Positions 51,292-64,000 of a DNA stretch of 64,000 bases are shown in pieces (position 1 is the stretch's first letter; every line of letters starts with the position of its first letter). The position numbers and the translations under genes were made by a program. The stretch is taken from contig NIVC01000180.1 in assembly GCA_002269645.1 (NCBI GenBank), positions 767,981-831,980 of the forward strand, in the 5' to 3' direction. This stretch comes from Macrostomum lignano. Its lineage: Eukaryota. The notes below the pieces were generated by a model. It was not told the origin of the DNA, did no database searches, and saw nothing but the letters and a program-made list of their open reading frames with translations.

Positions 51292-53406
51292 GTGTCCAAC
51301 CTGGCCATTGCCGGCGTGACAGGCTGCTGCACCGGCCTCATCCTGGCCCTGCTGCTGGTGCTCGCGTACTTCTGCTTTCGGCAGCGAAGACTGTATAAGT
51401 GCATGGCTCAGAGCGGGGACCCAGTGACTCAGCTGTGAGTATCTATGCGCTATAGGGCGCGCTGAGCTGTTTGATTCACCTTCCTCACAGAGCCCTGATA
51501 TGTGATTCTAATGACGCACTATGTAATACGTTTTAGAACTGTCATGTCACACCTTTGACCTGATATTGGCATCTCTTGACTGCCACAGAGCTTCTCCCAC
51601 AGAGCTTCTCCCACAGAGCTTCACCCACAGAGCTTCACCCACATAGCTTCTCCCACAGAGCTTCTCCCACCGAGCTTCTCCCACAGAGCTTCTCCCACAG
51701 AGCTTCTCCCACAGAGCTTCACCCACAGAGCTTCTCCCACAGAGCTTCACCCACAGAGTTTCACCCACAGAGCTTCACCCACAGAGCTTCTCCCACAGAG
51801 CTTCACCCACAGAGCTTCTCCCACAGAGCTTCACCCACAGAGCTTCACCCACAGAGCTTCTCCCACAGAGCTTCTCCCACAGAGCTTCTCCCACAGAGCT
51901 TCTCCCACAGAGCTTCACCGTCAACCGAGCCTCTTTTACACACTGCCGAAAAGGTTTCTGATTTTTCCAGCTGGGGTTGTTACCGCAGGGTTTTTCCCAC
52001 CGAGACTCTCCAGTGGACTAGTTGCGACTTTCCGCGCAAGTGTCCTATATCTTGCTCATAAGCAAAAAACCACAGCAGACTCTTCTTCTGGCCAACAACT
52101 ACAACACTAAAGCACTTTAAAACACTTTTGACACTACAGAAAAAGAGGCAAAAACTAATAAAGTGATTTATTTATTTTTATAATATGCTATCGCAGGTCG
52201 TCGCTCATGTCGCCCCAGACTCAGCGCCCGTTAGATAACTCGGACTCGCGCTTGCTGCAGCAACAGCAGCTTCTGTCGCGACCATGTGCTTACGTGTCGC
52301 CGAGTCTCAATGGATTCGATACAGCCTCATTTTCTGGAATCGACGACACGCCATCGGATTCTTCGCCTTTAGCTGGGACCGCAGCCGTGTTTGCCACTAT
52401 GCGAAGTGGTCACTTTCCACTGGGCGGCTATCAAGGTATTGGAGAGGACTGGAGTGACTGATTGACTGGAGGAATGAGGGGTGAGGAGGGGCAGTACTGG
52501 GGTGACTGACTGGCTGGAGGTATGAGAGTTTGGGTAGGGGCAGGACTGGGGGTGGCTGACTGGCTGGAGGTATGAGAGTTTGGGGAGGGCAGGACTGGGG
52601 GTGGCTGACTGGCTGGAGGTATGAGAGGTTGGGGAGGGCAGGACTGGGGGTGGCTGACTGGCTGGAGGTATGAGAGGTTGGGGAGGGCAGGACTGGGGGT
52701 GGCTGACTGGCTGGATGAATGAGGGGTGGGGAGGGGCAGTACTGGGGTGGCTGACTGGCTAGAGGAATGAGAGGTTGGGGAGGGGCAGGACTGGGGTACT
52801 GACTGGCTGGAGGTATGAGAGTTTGGGGAGGGGCAGTACTGGGGTGACTGACTGGCTAGAGGAATGAGAGGTTGGGGAGGGGCAGGACTGGGGTGACTGA
52901 TTGGCTGGATGAATAAGGGGTGGAGAGGGGCAGGACTGGGGTGACTGATTGGCTAGAGGAATGAGAGGTTGGGGAGGGGCAGGACTGGGGTGACTGATTG
53001 GCTGGATGAATAAGGGGTGGAGAGGGGCAGGACTGGGTGACTGACTGGCTGGAGATATGAGAGTTTGGGGAGGGGCAGTACTGGGGTGACTGACTGGCTA
53101 GAGGAATGAGAGGTTGGGGAGGGGCAGGACTGGGGTGACTGATTGGCTGGATGAATAAGGGGTGGAGAGGGGCAGGACTGGGTGACTGACTGGCTGGAGG
53201 TATGAGAGTTTAGGGAGGGGCAGGACTGGGGTGACTGTTAGCCCGTAACCATGCGTAACCAAACAATGTTTTGAATTGTGGAGCGGAGCAGAGGCTGCAC
53301 TTGTATTTGCTGTTTTCTTGCAGACAATGGCCGATGCTATTCAGCTGAGGAGGCGCCGCCAGTGCCGAGGCAGTCCAGAAGAATTATTTACGAAGTGGTT
53401 GTCTAA
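51292..53406 (+). CDS. 3' part of an uncharacterised single-pass membrane protein; join(<51292..51434,52197..52435,53324..53406); upstream exons not resolved
   Basis: Exon encoding VSNLAIAGVTGCCTGLILALLLVLAYFCFRQRR (TM segment plus basic stop-transfer). Two GT-AG introns with matching phases (2, 1) lead to ...RIIYEVVV-stop. Confidence 0.7.
51585..51918. repeat. Minisatellite, 14-bp unit CTTCTCCCACAGAG (intron)
   Basis: Tandem copies. Confidence 0.95.
52445..53237. repeat. G-rich minisatellite, ~48-50-bp unit GACTGACTGGCTGGAGGTATGAGAGTTTGGGGAGGGCAGGACTGGGGGTG (intron)
   Basis: Degenerate tandem copies starting right after the donor. Confidence 0.92.
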
Positions 53407-53707
53407 GAGCGTCCCGCATGTCAAGGTCCTCGGGATTAGCAAACATTTTTATACTTTTGCGAAAGTCAATTCAGTTTCGTTTTATTAACTATACATGGTC
53501 GAAATATTGGTGCTGGCTGCTTGTGCAAACATTTGCGCATAAACTACTGTAAATAAGGTGAAAATACTGTAAATTGGCTAATGTGATTTAAGCGAATTCT
53601 TGAGGCCATTCAGTTTATTTTTCTTTTGTAGACCTACGATTTTCGGCATCTGCGTGGAGATTTTGAATTGCTCTGCTAGTACCGTCTTAGCCTATGGCCG
53701 TTTGTCG

Positions 53708-54684
53708 TGGTGGTCCTGATCCCAGTCCAGTCATTAGTATTGGTGGTCCTGATCCCAGTCCAGTCATTAGTATTGGTGGTCCTGATCCCAGTCCAGTCAT
53801 TAGTACTTGTGGTCCTGATCCCAGTCCAGTCATTAGTACTTGTGGTCCTGATCCCAGTCAAGTCATTAGTATTGGTGGTCCTGATCCCAGTCCAGTCATT
53901 AGTATTGGTGGTCCTGATCCCAGTCCAGTCATTAGTACTTGTGGTCCTGATCCCAGTCCAGTCATTAGTACTTGTGGTCCTGATCCCAGTCAAGTCATTA
54001 GTATTGGTGGTCCTGATCCCAGTCCAGTCATTAGTACTTGTGGTCCTGATCCCAGTCCAGTCATTAGTACTTGTGGTCCTGATCCCAGTCCAGTCATTAG
54101 TATTGGTGGTCCTGATCCCAGTCCAGTCATTAGTATTGGTGGTCCTGATCCCAGTCCAGTCATTAGTATTGGTGGTCCTGATCCCAGTCCAGTCATTAGT
54201 ATTGGTGGTCCTGATCCCAGTCCAGTCATTAGTATTGGTGGTCCTGATCCCAGTCCAGTCATTAGTATTGGTGGTCCTGATCCCAGTCCAGTCATTAGTA
54301 TTGGTGGTCCTGATCCCAGTCCAGTCATTAGTATTGGTGGTCCTGATCCCAGTCCAGTCATTAGTATTGGTGGTCCTGATCCCAGTCCAGTCATTAGTAT
54401 TGGTGGTCCTGATCCCAGTCCAGTCATTAGTATTGGTGGTCCTGATCCCAGTCCAGTCATTAGTATTGGTGGTCCTGATCCCAGTCCAGTCATTAGTATT
54501 GGTGGTCCTGATCCCAGTCCAGTCATTAGTATTGGTGGTCCTGATCCCAGTCCAGTCATTAGTATTGGTGGTCCTGATCCCAGTCCAGTCATTAGTATTG
54601 GTGGTCCTGATCCCAGTCCAGTCATTAGTATTGGTGGTCCTGATCCCAGTCCAGTCATTAGTATTGGTGGTCCTGATCCTAGTC
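53708..54684. repeat. Minisatellite, 33-bp unit GGTCCTGATCCCAGTCCAGTCATTAGTATTGGT (intergenic)
   Basis: About 29 highly homogeneous copies. Confidence 0.97.
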
Positions 54685-55761
54685 TAGCCATGGTAACGCT
54701 GATTTGATGGATATTGACAGTGTCCAAAAAGACAATAGTTTGGACAAACAAAAGTCAACATGCAGGATGCTGAATGCTTATCATTGATCATTTTCAACTC
54801 TAAGAAAGTCTAGCTGCTAATAATTGTAAAATTAAACAGTTAACAAATGAACTTGGCCTAATTCCGAAGCGCGGAGACGGGAGCGGATTCGAGTGTACTT
54901 TGATTTAAACAAACAGCTGATCTCGCATTGATGTAAAATTCGATTTAAAAAATTACAAATTGTAAAATATTGTAAAAAAATTATAGAGATTTGTTTATAA
55001 AACTTTTAGTGAGCAAGTTAACAAAGATAATATTATTTCGCCAACAAATTACAGATGAAAAGATCTGATTAAAAGTTTCAAAAATAGTATCATGATAGTT
55101 GCAAAGTCAACCAAGCTATAGGAATGTACGCAATGCAGACTGGCTTGTCAAAAGCCAGGCAGAGTTTGCGCGGAAGAGTAGCTGAAAGTGCGTTTTTTAA
55201 TTGGCAAAAAGTGCGGTAAAACAAATTCGCACCAGTTCAAATAAGTGTTATTGTGCGACGCGAGACTCGCGATGAAACCTATTCAACAAAAGTAAAAGCG
55301 ATGAAAAATAATTTCGGGCTAAATGTGGAAGTCGTGGAGTGTTTTGAAGTTTGGAATTAGTTTTCATGGAAAAGTTTGGTTGTCGGTGCAAATACTATAC
55401 GCAGGTATAACGCATATGAGGCTAGCGAGGCATGCATTTCCTGTCTCCGTTTATGACACCTGTTGCTTTCAGTCCTCTTGCAGCAGCTCCAACTGGTGCT
55501 TTGAGTTTCTGGAATCATCAGGGGATAGGTGGTTACACAATAATTTAATTTTAATAAAGCGAATTTTTTAATGAAAACGCGTCGTGGAGCTCGAAAATAA
55601 CAGTACTCTACGGGAATCCTTGAGCCTTCAATTTCTTTGCCTTCAAGAACAGAAAGGAGTGTCTGTTCTTCGAAAATATGAATCATCACATGAGGCTTAA
55701 AGGGATTCTTATCCGCTCTTTTACAGGAAGCAAAACTTAACGAATTGAAGCCCCAAGTGTG

Positions 55762-58700
55762 CTACCCAGCCTCACCTGAGCTCCATCTCCCGTAGAACCT
55801 CAGCGTCGGATGCGCTGGGCGACGATGAGGCGCCGTTGTCGCCGCCACTGGATGGAGCCTCAGCGGCCCCGAGCAGATCCACCAGCGGCTGCCGACCCAA
55901 ACGACGCTCTCCGCCGCGTCATTCTCCGAAGCCGAGCTGCTGCTCAGGCGGATGTCCCGGCTCGAGTCCCGGCCAACTGACAGACCGTCCGAGCGCTGCA
56001 GGCTCGGATCGTACAGCGTCTCGAAGGAGGACTCGAGCGCCAGCAGGTGAATCCGGCCCGCGCGGGCAGCTAGCCGACGGCGCTGCAGATTGTCATCGTC
56101 CGAGAAGATGCTGCCGTCGCTCAGGAAGCCATCGGGCCCGACGCGCCGCGGCAGGCGCAGCTGTCGAGACTCCGACGGTTGAGCCGCGGCTGACATCTGG
56201 GGTACAGTCGCCCTCGCGACTGACTTCCCGCTGACCATGCGCGGCCTGTCGGGGAGCAGCACCGAGGCTGTGGATCGGCCTCGACCTTGGGAGATTTGAC
56301 AGCTTCCGTCGGCTTTGGTGCCTCCGTACGTTGTCAGCTTCGTCCGATAGAACGCTTGACGAGATGTCCGTGTCAGTTTGATTGCCTCCGTTTGATTTTG
56401 CTCTTTCCTTTGCTTCGCTGTCATCTGTTTCGTCCTTCAGAGTGTCCTCATCTTCAGAGGAGGTCCCTCCTGATGCGGCTCGACGGCCTTCACCTCTGAT
56501 CCTTGCAACTTTCTGCTTGGCCGCCTCGATCAGCGCGTCGTGCGTCGGTCGGTGACCGGTTGTGGGCGATGCGACTCGGCCTCGCCGTCTCGCCTCCGTT
56601 TTCGGGCCTAACTCGGACGCTGAACCGCGGCAGCTGCGACGGCAGTGGAGCCGGTGGCTTCATCGGCGACGGTTGTGGCGTCCTCCGACGCAGCGGATTA
56701 GAGCGACGGCTGTCACCAAGGGCTTCGCTAGAGCGACTCGTGGCGGACTGGGAGCGTCGCTGCGGCGGGCGTCGGCGAGGCGGTCGCTGTCGGTCACCTT
56801 CGCCGGAGCCTTCAGCATCGCTTGCTGAGGCACCAGTCGAGGAACCTTCAGTGCCGGCTGCTGCGGCAGCGGCTTTTCGATTCTGCCGAGTCGCCCGCAA
56901 AGAGCTCAGGATCTTGGCCCGCGAAGGCGTGCCGCAGACGTCGTTGGCCTCGGAGTCGGAGGAGTACAGGCGGTTGCTGCCCGGATCAGGGAGTCGAGTA
57001 TCGATCGCGGCAGCTCCAGCTGCTCGTTAGGTTCCTCAGCCTCGGCTCGAATCTGGCTGACGATCTGGTCCACACCGGTGACAAAAGCTTCAAACTCTTC
57101 GTCGTCCAAATCGGACAGCGTGTTCCGCAGGTCCTGCTGGAGCAGGCGCTGCTGCTGCATGTCCGGGTTCATGATTGGAGGCGCCGACTGCGTCAGCATG
57201 GAGGTTGCCTCGGAAGCGTCGCGACTTCCTGTCGGAGGCGACATCGGCTGTGGTGCGAGCTGCTCCAGCTGCCGGCTGCCGAGGTCTTCGCCGCCTCCGC
57301 TGACGCTGCTGAGGTTCGGTACGCTGCGACACAGCTGGACGCCATCGCGTTTGCGCCGATCGTTGACTGCGATGCGAACAAAGATCGGCTCGTGCTGCTG
57401 GAAATCTCCGACTCGGAGCTGCTGCGAGCGCGCACCTTGCCCGGCCCTCTTGCGGCCGACGCGCTGCCCGGCTGTGATGGTCGTTCTTAAAACATTGAAA
57501 TAAGAAATAAAATATTTATCGTCTTTGCATAAAGGAGGGTGGCTGTCAGCTCAGAGACAGTTCGTTCAACCCCAACCCACATATACTTCCTGACGACGCC
57601 TTGAGGGTTTATATAATTATGGGTCCTACCCATGGGTCCGTCGTGCCCGACCAGTTTAAATTTTTCAGCTGCGTTTACGAGTCAGCCTGAGCTTGAAAGC
57701 ACGCGTAGGTAGTGCATGCCTTTTCATTTCACGCATTAATAAATTTCTCACCTGTTGAGCGCTTCACATTGAGTACTTCATTAGGACTAACAGTGCCCGA
57801 GCTGCTGAGGCTGCTGCTGTAAACCGGATGCTGCTGCGTCCTCTGCTGCTGCGGTTGCCTGCCGGAGCCCTGGGAGCCCTTCAGCTCCTGCCTAGACAGC
57901 GACGAACCCGCGTGCTCCCCGGCTGCGCTGGGGTCCGATGGCTCCACATCAGCCTCGAAGCTGCTCTCCGATCGTCCGCCTGCCTGGCTTTGCTTTCCAT
58001 CAGCGTCGAGATTCCTGGAAAAATTTGCAGGCTTTTGGCCGGCCCCAGCCGGTTGGAATCTGTTCTTTTCTGCCGCGGACTCCTGGCGGTGTCGAATCGA
58101 ATCCGGGCCGGACTCGCTGGACTTCTTGCCCGAGTCGTGAGTCCCCGAGGCGGTCCGGTCATTGGAGACGTCCTCAGTGAAGCTGTCCGAGTATTCGGGG
58201 TCTTCCAAATTTCCTGCATTGTCCGGATGCAAGTAACTCTCGCTCGGGCTTTTTTGCTGTGATCCATGAGCCGAACTTTGAATTTTCTGCTTGCTTTCAA
58301 CAGGTTCCGAATCAAAATTCTTTGACATTTCCTGTTGTGTTGCATGACCTGTCGCATCGGTGTCTGCTTGGGCCAACTTCTGGCTCATTTGGTCCCTGCC
58401 AGCTCCGGTTAGCCTTCGACTGTCGCTCCTATCGGCATTGGGAGAGTCGTCCGACCTGCCGGATGATGTTCCACTGGGATCTTTTATAGTCCAGGAAGGT
58501 GGGCGGTCGAATTTATATTCGGATGTATTTTCTGAGGAAGAATTATCAGCAGATTGACTTTGGAGCCTGTTGGCACTGTCGCTCGCATCGGTTCCTTTCA
58601 GGAGTTTTTGTTGGCCCCGAAGCCCAAGTTCAAGCGCTTGTTGTCTTGCCGATTGCATTTGCGTGTTCTCTGACGACTTTGCATCGCCCTGGGCTCCCAG

Positions 58701-61700
58701 GACCTCTGTGCGAACTCGTTGCTCTGGCGCCAACTCGATGCTAAAGTTAAGCGACTCTTCAGGAGGCTGGCTTATCCGGGTTTTAATGCTAGTATCTTCC
58801 TGAACGAACTCTCCTTGAACAGTTGCAGCTGAGCTTACCGTCGTGACTGAATTTACTGCATCATCTCCCGCTTTATTCTGGGAATGGTCTACTCCGTCAG
58901 TTGCGTCTTTGCTGTAACTGTCTTTTGAAGAGCTCTTTTGCTCGAATTTCAGTCGCGTTGGAATCTTTGAGCCAGAGAAAAATTGTTCAGAGCCAGTCGA
59001 AAACGGACTTGTTCCGCGAACTGGAGGAGACGCTAGCGAGACGGGCTGCTGTGGGGGCGGCTGCTCCTGCTCGGTTCGTCCTGCGCTAGAAGACCGAGGC
59101 TGCAGGCGCCTCACCGGCACGGGAATGCCCGATCCTCCATGAGTGCCGAACTCCCCGCCAACCGACTGCCCGGATGGAGATCTTGGCGATGCGACGGTTC
59201 TGGACTGATCAGTAAAATAAGTTTCTCCTTCAACGCGAATAGCACCGCTATCTCTAATTGGCAGCTCTGGAGATCTGTCTTCTTGCGAGGCATCAGTCCT
59301 GTTTGGACCACTTTGCTTCAGGTTTGCTCGCCCAGAAGCTGCCTTATCTAAAACAGCAGCCATCTGCTGTAAACTTTCGACTCTACTCTCTGGTATTATA
59401 GTGCTATTTGGATCGTCTAGACTTCTATTGCTGTCAATTCCACCTGGCTGATTGAGCCTGCTGTCGCCAAGTCGGGCTGTCTGACGCAACTGACCGCTGT
59501 CACTGGCACCCGGTGCTCCAGACTCTGTTGAGCCTCTTTGATGGTCGTCTGGTCGAGTTTTATTCGCAAAGGTCGCGAGGTTGTCTGAGTTCAGAGCAGC
59601 CTTGGAGTCTGGCTGAGATCGCACTGGCCTGCCCTCTCTGCTAGTGTCTGCATCCGGCATCGACTCACTGGAAGTTTCTTCGTTTGAACTGATTTTTCCT
59701 TGCGCTGAAAATTTACCCTTTTCGCCGCCGCCTCGGGTGTCTTTCTCTTCTTTATTAGAATCGTTTTTATAATTGTCAGGCTCCATCTCTGACTTCCTGC
59801 CTTCTTTCCAGCCATGCTCAGGTGTGCGCCGGTTCTCGTGCTGCTTCGATGAGCCTTCTCCAACGCCACTCGGCTTCCCGCGATGCGCATCACCGCCCGA
59901 CGATGCGGAATCCGTTGGCTCTTCCAAGCGAATCAGCGGCTTCTGCTTGGAGTCTTCAGCAGCGTGACGAGCAACTTCAGCATCCGATGCGCTTGATTCA
60001 CTTGATCTTCGTTCATCTCGCGCATGCGATTCCGTGGTACTTTCAACTCGTTGCTTATCACCTGGTAGTTGAGCCCCGTCTTTACCAGTTTTCCCCAATA
60101 GTGTATCCGGTTCAGAACCCGCAGTTCCCGCATTCTGGCCATGGATTTGCGCCCGCTTTGTTGGATCCAGTTGGCCATCAAATCCGGGTTTTGAATCAAC
60201 TAACTTCAACACTCCGAGCTCGTCATCAAGCATTGTCTTTTCGGCTTTATTTTGTTGACCTCCATCGCAGACTTCAGCGTCATCAAGAGATTTTCCGCTT
60301 GCCGTTGACAATCTGGCAGATTTCTGCCAGCTTTCTGTCGGGCTCAATCTCCTCTCAACAGCGCTGTCAGATCTTTCAGACTGATCAGGTGAGTCACTTC
60401 GTAGCCCAGCTGAACTTTCTCCAGCACTTGTGCGGTCTCGATCCACGGTTTGACCTTTTATGCTTGGTGAATTCGAATCATCGTCCTCCAATTGCGTGTC
60501 CCTCCTGGTTCTTCCCGTGTTCGAAACGGCTTGCAAAGGCGAATCAAAAGCACTGAGTTGCGCTTGTTCCCCACGCACAGTGGACGCCTCGCTGGGACTT
60601 TCGGGGTCTTGATCACTTAGGCCTTTGTTATGCTTTTTTGGATCACTTTGGGGCTTTTCTGAGTTCTCGCCAGCAATGCTTTTGCCTAAAATTTTGCTGG
60701 CCATCTCAGAGTCGGCTGCACTGCTTCTCGGGACGTCTCAGCGTCAGAGAATGTAGTTGAGTTCGATCCTAATTGGTTCAAATCTGCTTTCGTCAATGAA
60801 TTGTCAGTCCCTCCATCACGACCTCCATGCCTGCGAACCATGGCATCCGCGTGTTGAATTGCGTCGTTCAATTCCTCTGTGGATGTTTTGAGCTTCTCTG
60901 AGTTCGCCATTGTTTCGCGTCCTCTACTACTTGGACGGTCTTGACCGTGGACTGCATCACCATCCGCATCGCTACTAAAATCTCTCTGATCACTGTCAGC
61001 TAAGCTGCGTAGACCAGTCTTTCCACCTGAATCTGGACGTTTTCTCGAGTCAACAGCGTCAGATCGATGAGTGAAATCAGGTCGATGTTCACTAGCACCG
61101 ACGTTGAGATCGTCTCGACTCGCTGCGATAACTGCGTCTTCAGGCACTTCGCCTCGCTCTGCTTTCAGCTGCTCCTCGTCCTCCCAGCGAGTTCTTCGGC
61201 TGGACTGACGGAACCGCCGGACCGACTTCGCGCCGGCTTCGACGTTGAACTGCTGGGATCGACTTCGGCACTCAAGGACGCAGTTGCCATACTTGGGCCA
61301 TCATCCTTCGCGGAACTTTCATTAGATAATTTACCAGACGTGGACTTCAAATTTCCCTTCCTTTGCTGTCCGTCGCTAGTGGATGCTGCTTTCGTCGCAA
61401 AACTGTCCGCTCTGGCTGTCTTCGATGACTTTTCGGAGCGATCTCCGTCAGAGTCGCGTGTTCGGCTCCTTGATGGATCACTGCTTTGTAATTGTCCCTG
61501 TTTGTCGGGGTGAGAACCTGCTGGAGAAGCTGTCGAAGAGCGCCTAGATTTTTGTTTCTGGCCAGCATCAATGTCCGAATCGGTTCCGCTCTGCCCGCTT
61601 CTGTTGTCTGCACTTGGCTGTTCACCCGGAGGTTTCCGTTCACCAGCTTCTGTTACCGAACTGCCAGGTTGTTTGCCTCGAGGTGTTCTTTGCAAGCCAA

Positions 61701-64000
61701 GATCTGGAGTGGATCTTCCATCTCTGTATCTGGCGCTTCTATCAATGTCACTCTCATGCCCACCTTCAAACTGCCTGCTAGCGCTGACAGGCCCAGAGTA
61801 CTTTCCAGATATTTTTTCATTTCTGCTTCTCCGACCATCACTGTCTCGACTGGTGTCTCGTCTGCGGCTTGGCGACTTTGCGTCGACTTGCCTCGTAGAG
61901 TCACGTCGCGCAATGGGACTTTCTAGCCGAGAATTCGTTTCACCAGACTTGAATTCCACTTCGGCAGCTGGCTTATCGGCTTCGTTTAGACTCTGTCCAC
62001 TTGGCTTGCTCTGGTGCCGAGGACTCACTGATACTGACTGGTCCTTGTTGATGGCCGGCTTCAGGCTTTGCGTCAAGCTTAACTTGTCCTTTGCGCCAAT
62101 CGCCTGGGCTCATCTCAGCAGGCTGTTTAGCATCGTTTGTATAGCGAGGTACGGACGTTTCTCCTGTCTCCTGTCTCTGGCGCCTGTCTCTGGAACTGGA
62201 AGAATGAGAGTCTTCGTTCCGTTTGTCTTGACTTCTGTCTCTGTCACTCGAATCAAAAGATCCGTCCAGTTTTTCCCTCTGTCCGTCTATTTCGCCCACA
62301 GGTCGAGGGTCGTATCGTCTTTCTTCACTTCTGTCTCTCGCACTGGCAGGATGAGAGTCGTCGCACCATCGGTCGCGGCTTTGATCTCTGGCACTGACCG
62401 CGAGAGAGTCGTCATTTCGCAGATCTTCACTTCCGTCTTTTGCACTTTTACTCTGAGATTCACCTTCCGATTCCGGCTTAAACCTGTGTTTCCCACGCAC
62501 ACGCTGAGAATCGTTGTACCGTTCGTCGCCGTCGTTTGTGCTTTGGGAATAAAATTCGGCATTGAGTCCAACACAGGGTCTTTCTCTCGTACTCAAATCC
62601 TGTGAATCGTGCCTGCCAGTTCTGTTAAAAGGATTGTCTACATCTCCGTCACTGTCAAGTACAGCATGAGTATCACCGTGCCGTCTGTTCGACTTTTGTC
62701 TCTGGCACTGGTAGGATGAGATTCACCGTCGAGACTTTCTTTGACTCCAGAATTCGTTAGCTGTGAGTCATCGTACCTTCTGTCTTTGGCGCCAGCATTG
62801 CAAGATTCGCTATCATGTTTGTCTTTCGATCTGTGCGTGAAACTCGCATCATGAAATCGCTTTTTCTATTTTTGTCTAATCGTCCATCTCGACCTCCTTT
62901 GTTTTCATCCTCAGAACCGTTGTACCGTTTGTCTCTTGCATTGGGAGGATGAGAGTCGTCTTTCTGTCCGTCTTTACTTCTGTCTCTCACACTGGTTGGA
63001 TGAGAGTCATCTTTCTGCTTCTCTCGTTTTCTGTCTCTCGCACTGGGAGGCTGGGAGCCGTCATACCGTGTGTCTCGGCTTCTGTCTCTCGCATTGGGAG
63101 GTTGAGCATCATCATACCGTCTGTCTCGGCTTCTGTCTCTCGCATTGGGAGGTTGAGCATCATCATACCGTCTGTCTCGGCTTCTGTCTCTCTTATTGGA
63201 TGAATGAGAGTCGTCTTTGTCTCTCTCTCGCTTCTGTCTCTCGCACTGGGAGGCTGATGGCTGTCGTACCGCCTGTCTTTATTTTTCTCCTTTGTGCTGG
63301 CAAAATTCAGTTCACTGTGTTGCTTATTTTGGGGTCGGTCTTTCAGACTTACAGGCTGAGAATCGTCATACAGTCTGTCTCGGCTTCTGTCTCTCTTATT
63401 GGGTGGATGAGAGTCGTCATACCGTCTGTCTCGGCTTCTATCTGTAGTGCTGGGAGGCTGAGACTCGTCATACCGTCTGTCTCGGCTTCTGTCTCTCGGG
63501 CTGGGAGGCTGAGACCCGTCATATCGTCTGTCTCGACTTCTGTCTCTCGCACTGGGTGGATGAAGAGTCGTCTTTGTGTCTCTCTCGGCTTCTGTCTCTC
63601 GCACTGGTGGATGAGAGTCGTCTTTGTGTCTCTCTCGGCTTCTGTCTCTTGCGCTGGAGGCTGAGACCCGTCATATCGTCTGTCTCGGCTTCTGTCTCTC
63701 GCGCTGGAGGCTGAGAGGCGTCTTTTGTCTCTCTCGGCTTCTGTCTCTCGCGCTGGGAGGCTGAGAGGCGTCATACCGTTTGTCTCGGCTGCTATCTCTC
63801 TTATTGGATGGATGAGAGTCGTCTTTGTCTCTTTCTAGGCTTCTGTCTCTCACGCTGTAAGGCTGAGAGCCGTCATACCTTCTGTCTTGGCTTTTGTGTC
63901 TCTTATTGAATGAATGAGAGTCGTCTTTGTCTCTCTCTTGGCTTCTGTCTCTCACGCTGGGAGGCTGAGAGCCGTCATAACGTCTGTCTCGGCTTCTGTC
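55762..64000 (-). pseudogene. Very large S/R/D/E-rich low-complexity protein gene (5' end beyond the window) with many frameshifts; pseudogene or consensus errors
   Basis: Chain of abutting minus-strand ORFs in different frames with continuous composition (one of 991 aa, 57729-60704). One GT-AG intron at 57486-57751. About 17-aa coding repeats RDRSRDRRYDGSQPPSA at 62900-64000. Confidence 0.65.

Noticed and set aside
53694-54707. 337-aa (GGPDPSPVISI)n ORF as a repetitive structural protein
   Set aside because: The 33-bp stop-free unit opens several frames on both strands. There is no signal peptide, unique domain or splice connection.
55762-62990. Programmed ribosomal frameshifting
   Set aside because: Shifts are of mixed sign with no common slippery site or stimulatory element; indel decay or sequencing error is simpler.

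Overview
Eukaryotic (metazoan) genomic DNA, not prokaryotic. GC-rich coding exons are separated by GT-AG introns that are almost all filled with private minisatellites. This architecture resembles a repeat-rich free-living flatworm such as Macrostomum (inference, not verified). Plus strand: a FYV7/CCDC59-like gene, PATL1 (4 exons), DHX8/PRP22 (6 exons), an orphan secreted/Ig-like gene, a broken DEG/ENaC gene, a LicD/FKRP-like gene and the 3' part of a small single-pass membrane protein gene. Minus strand: a divergent AGC-like kinase and a very large low-complexity gene with many frameshifts that runs off the window. Mobile DNA includes two copies of a tRNA-derived SINE, a MITE with 6-bp TSD, two dead mariner elements, a frameshifted PWWP-domain fragment and a GC-rich dispersed repeat present twice in inverted orientation. 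The most striking pattern is that 15 of 17 well-defined introns carry their own tandem array, and some units resemble splice signals or the neighbouring splice junction. No rRNA, true tRNA or CRISPR array is supported. Most long ORFs in the supplied track are repeat or antisense artefacts. All homology calls come from motif recognition by eye; no searches were run.
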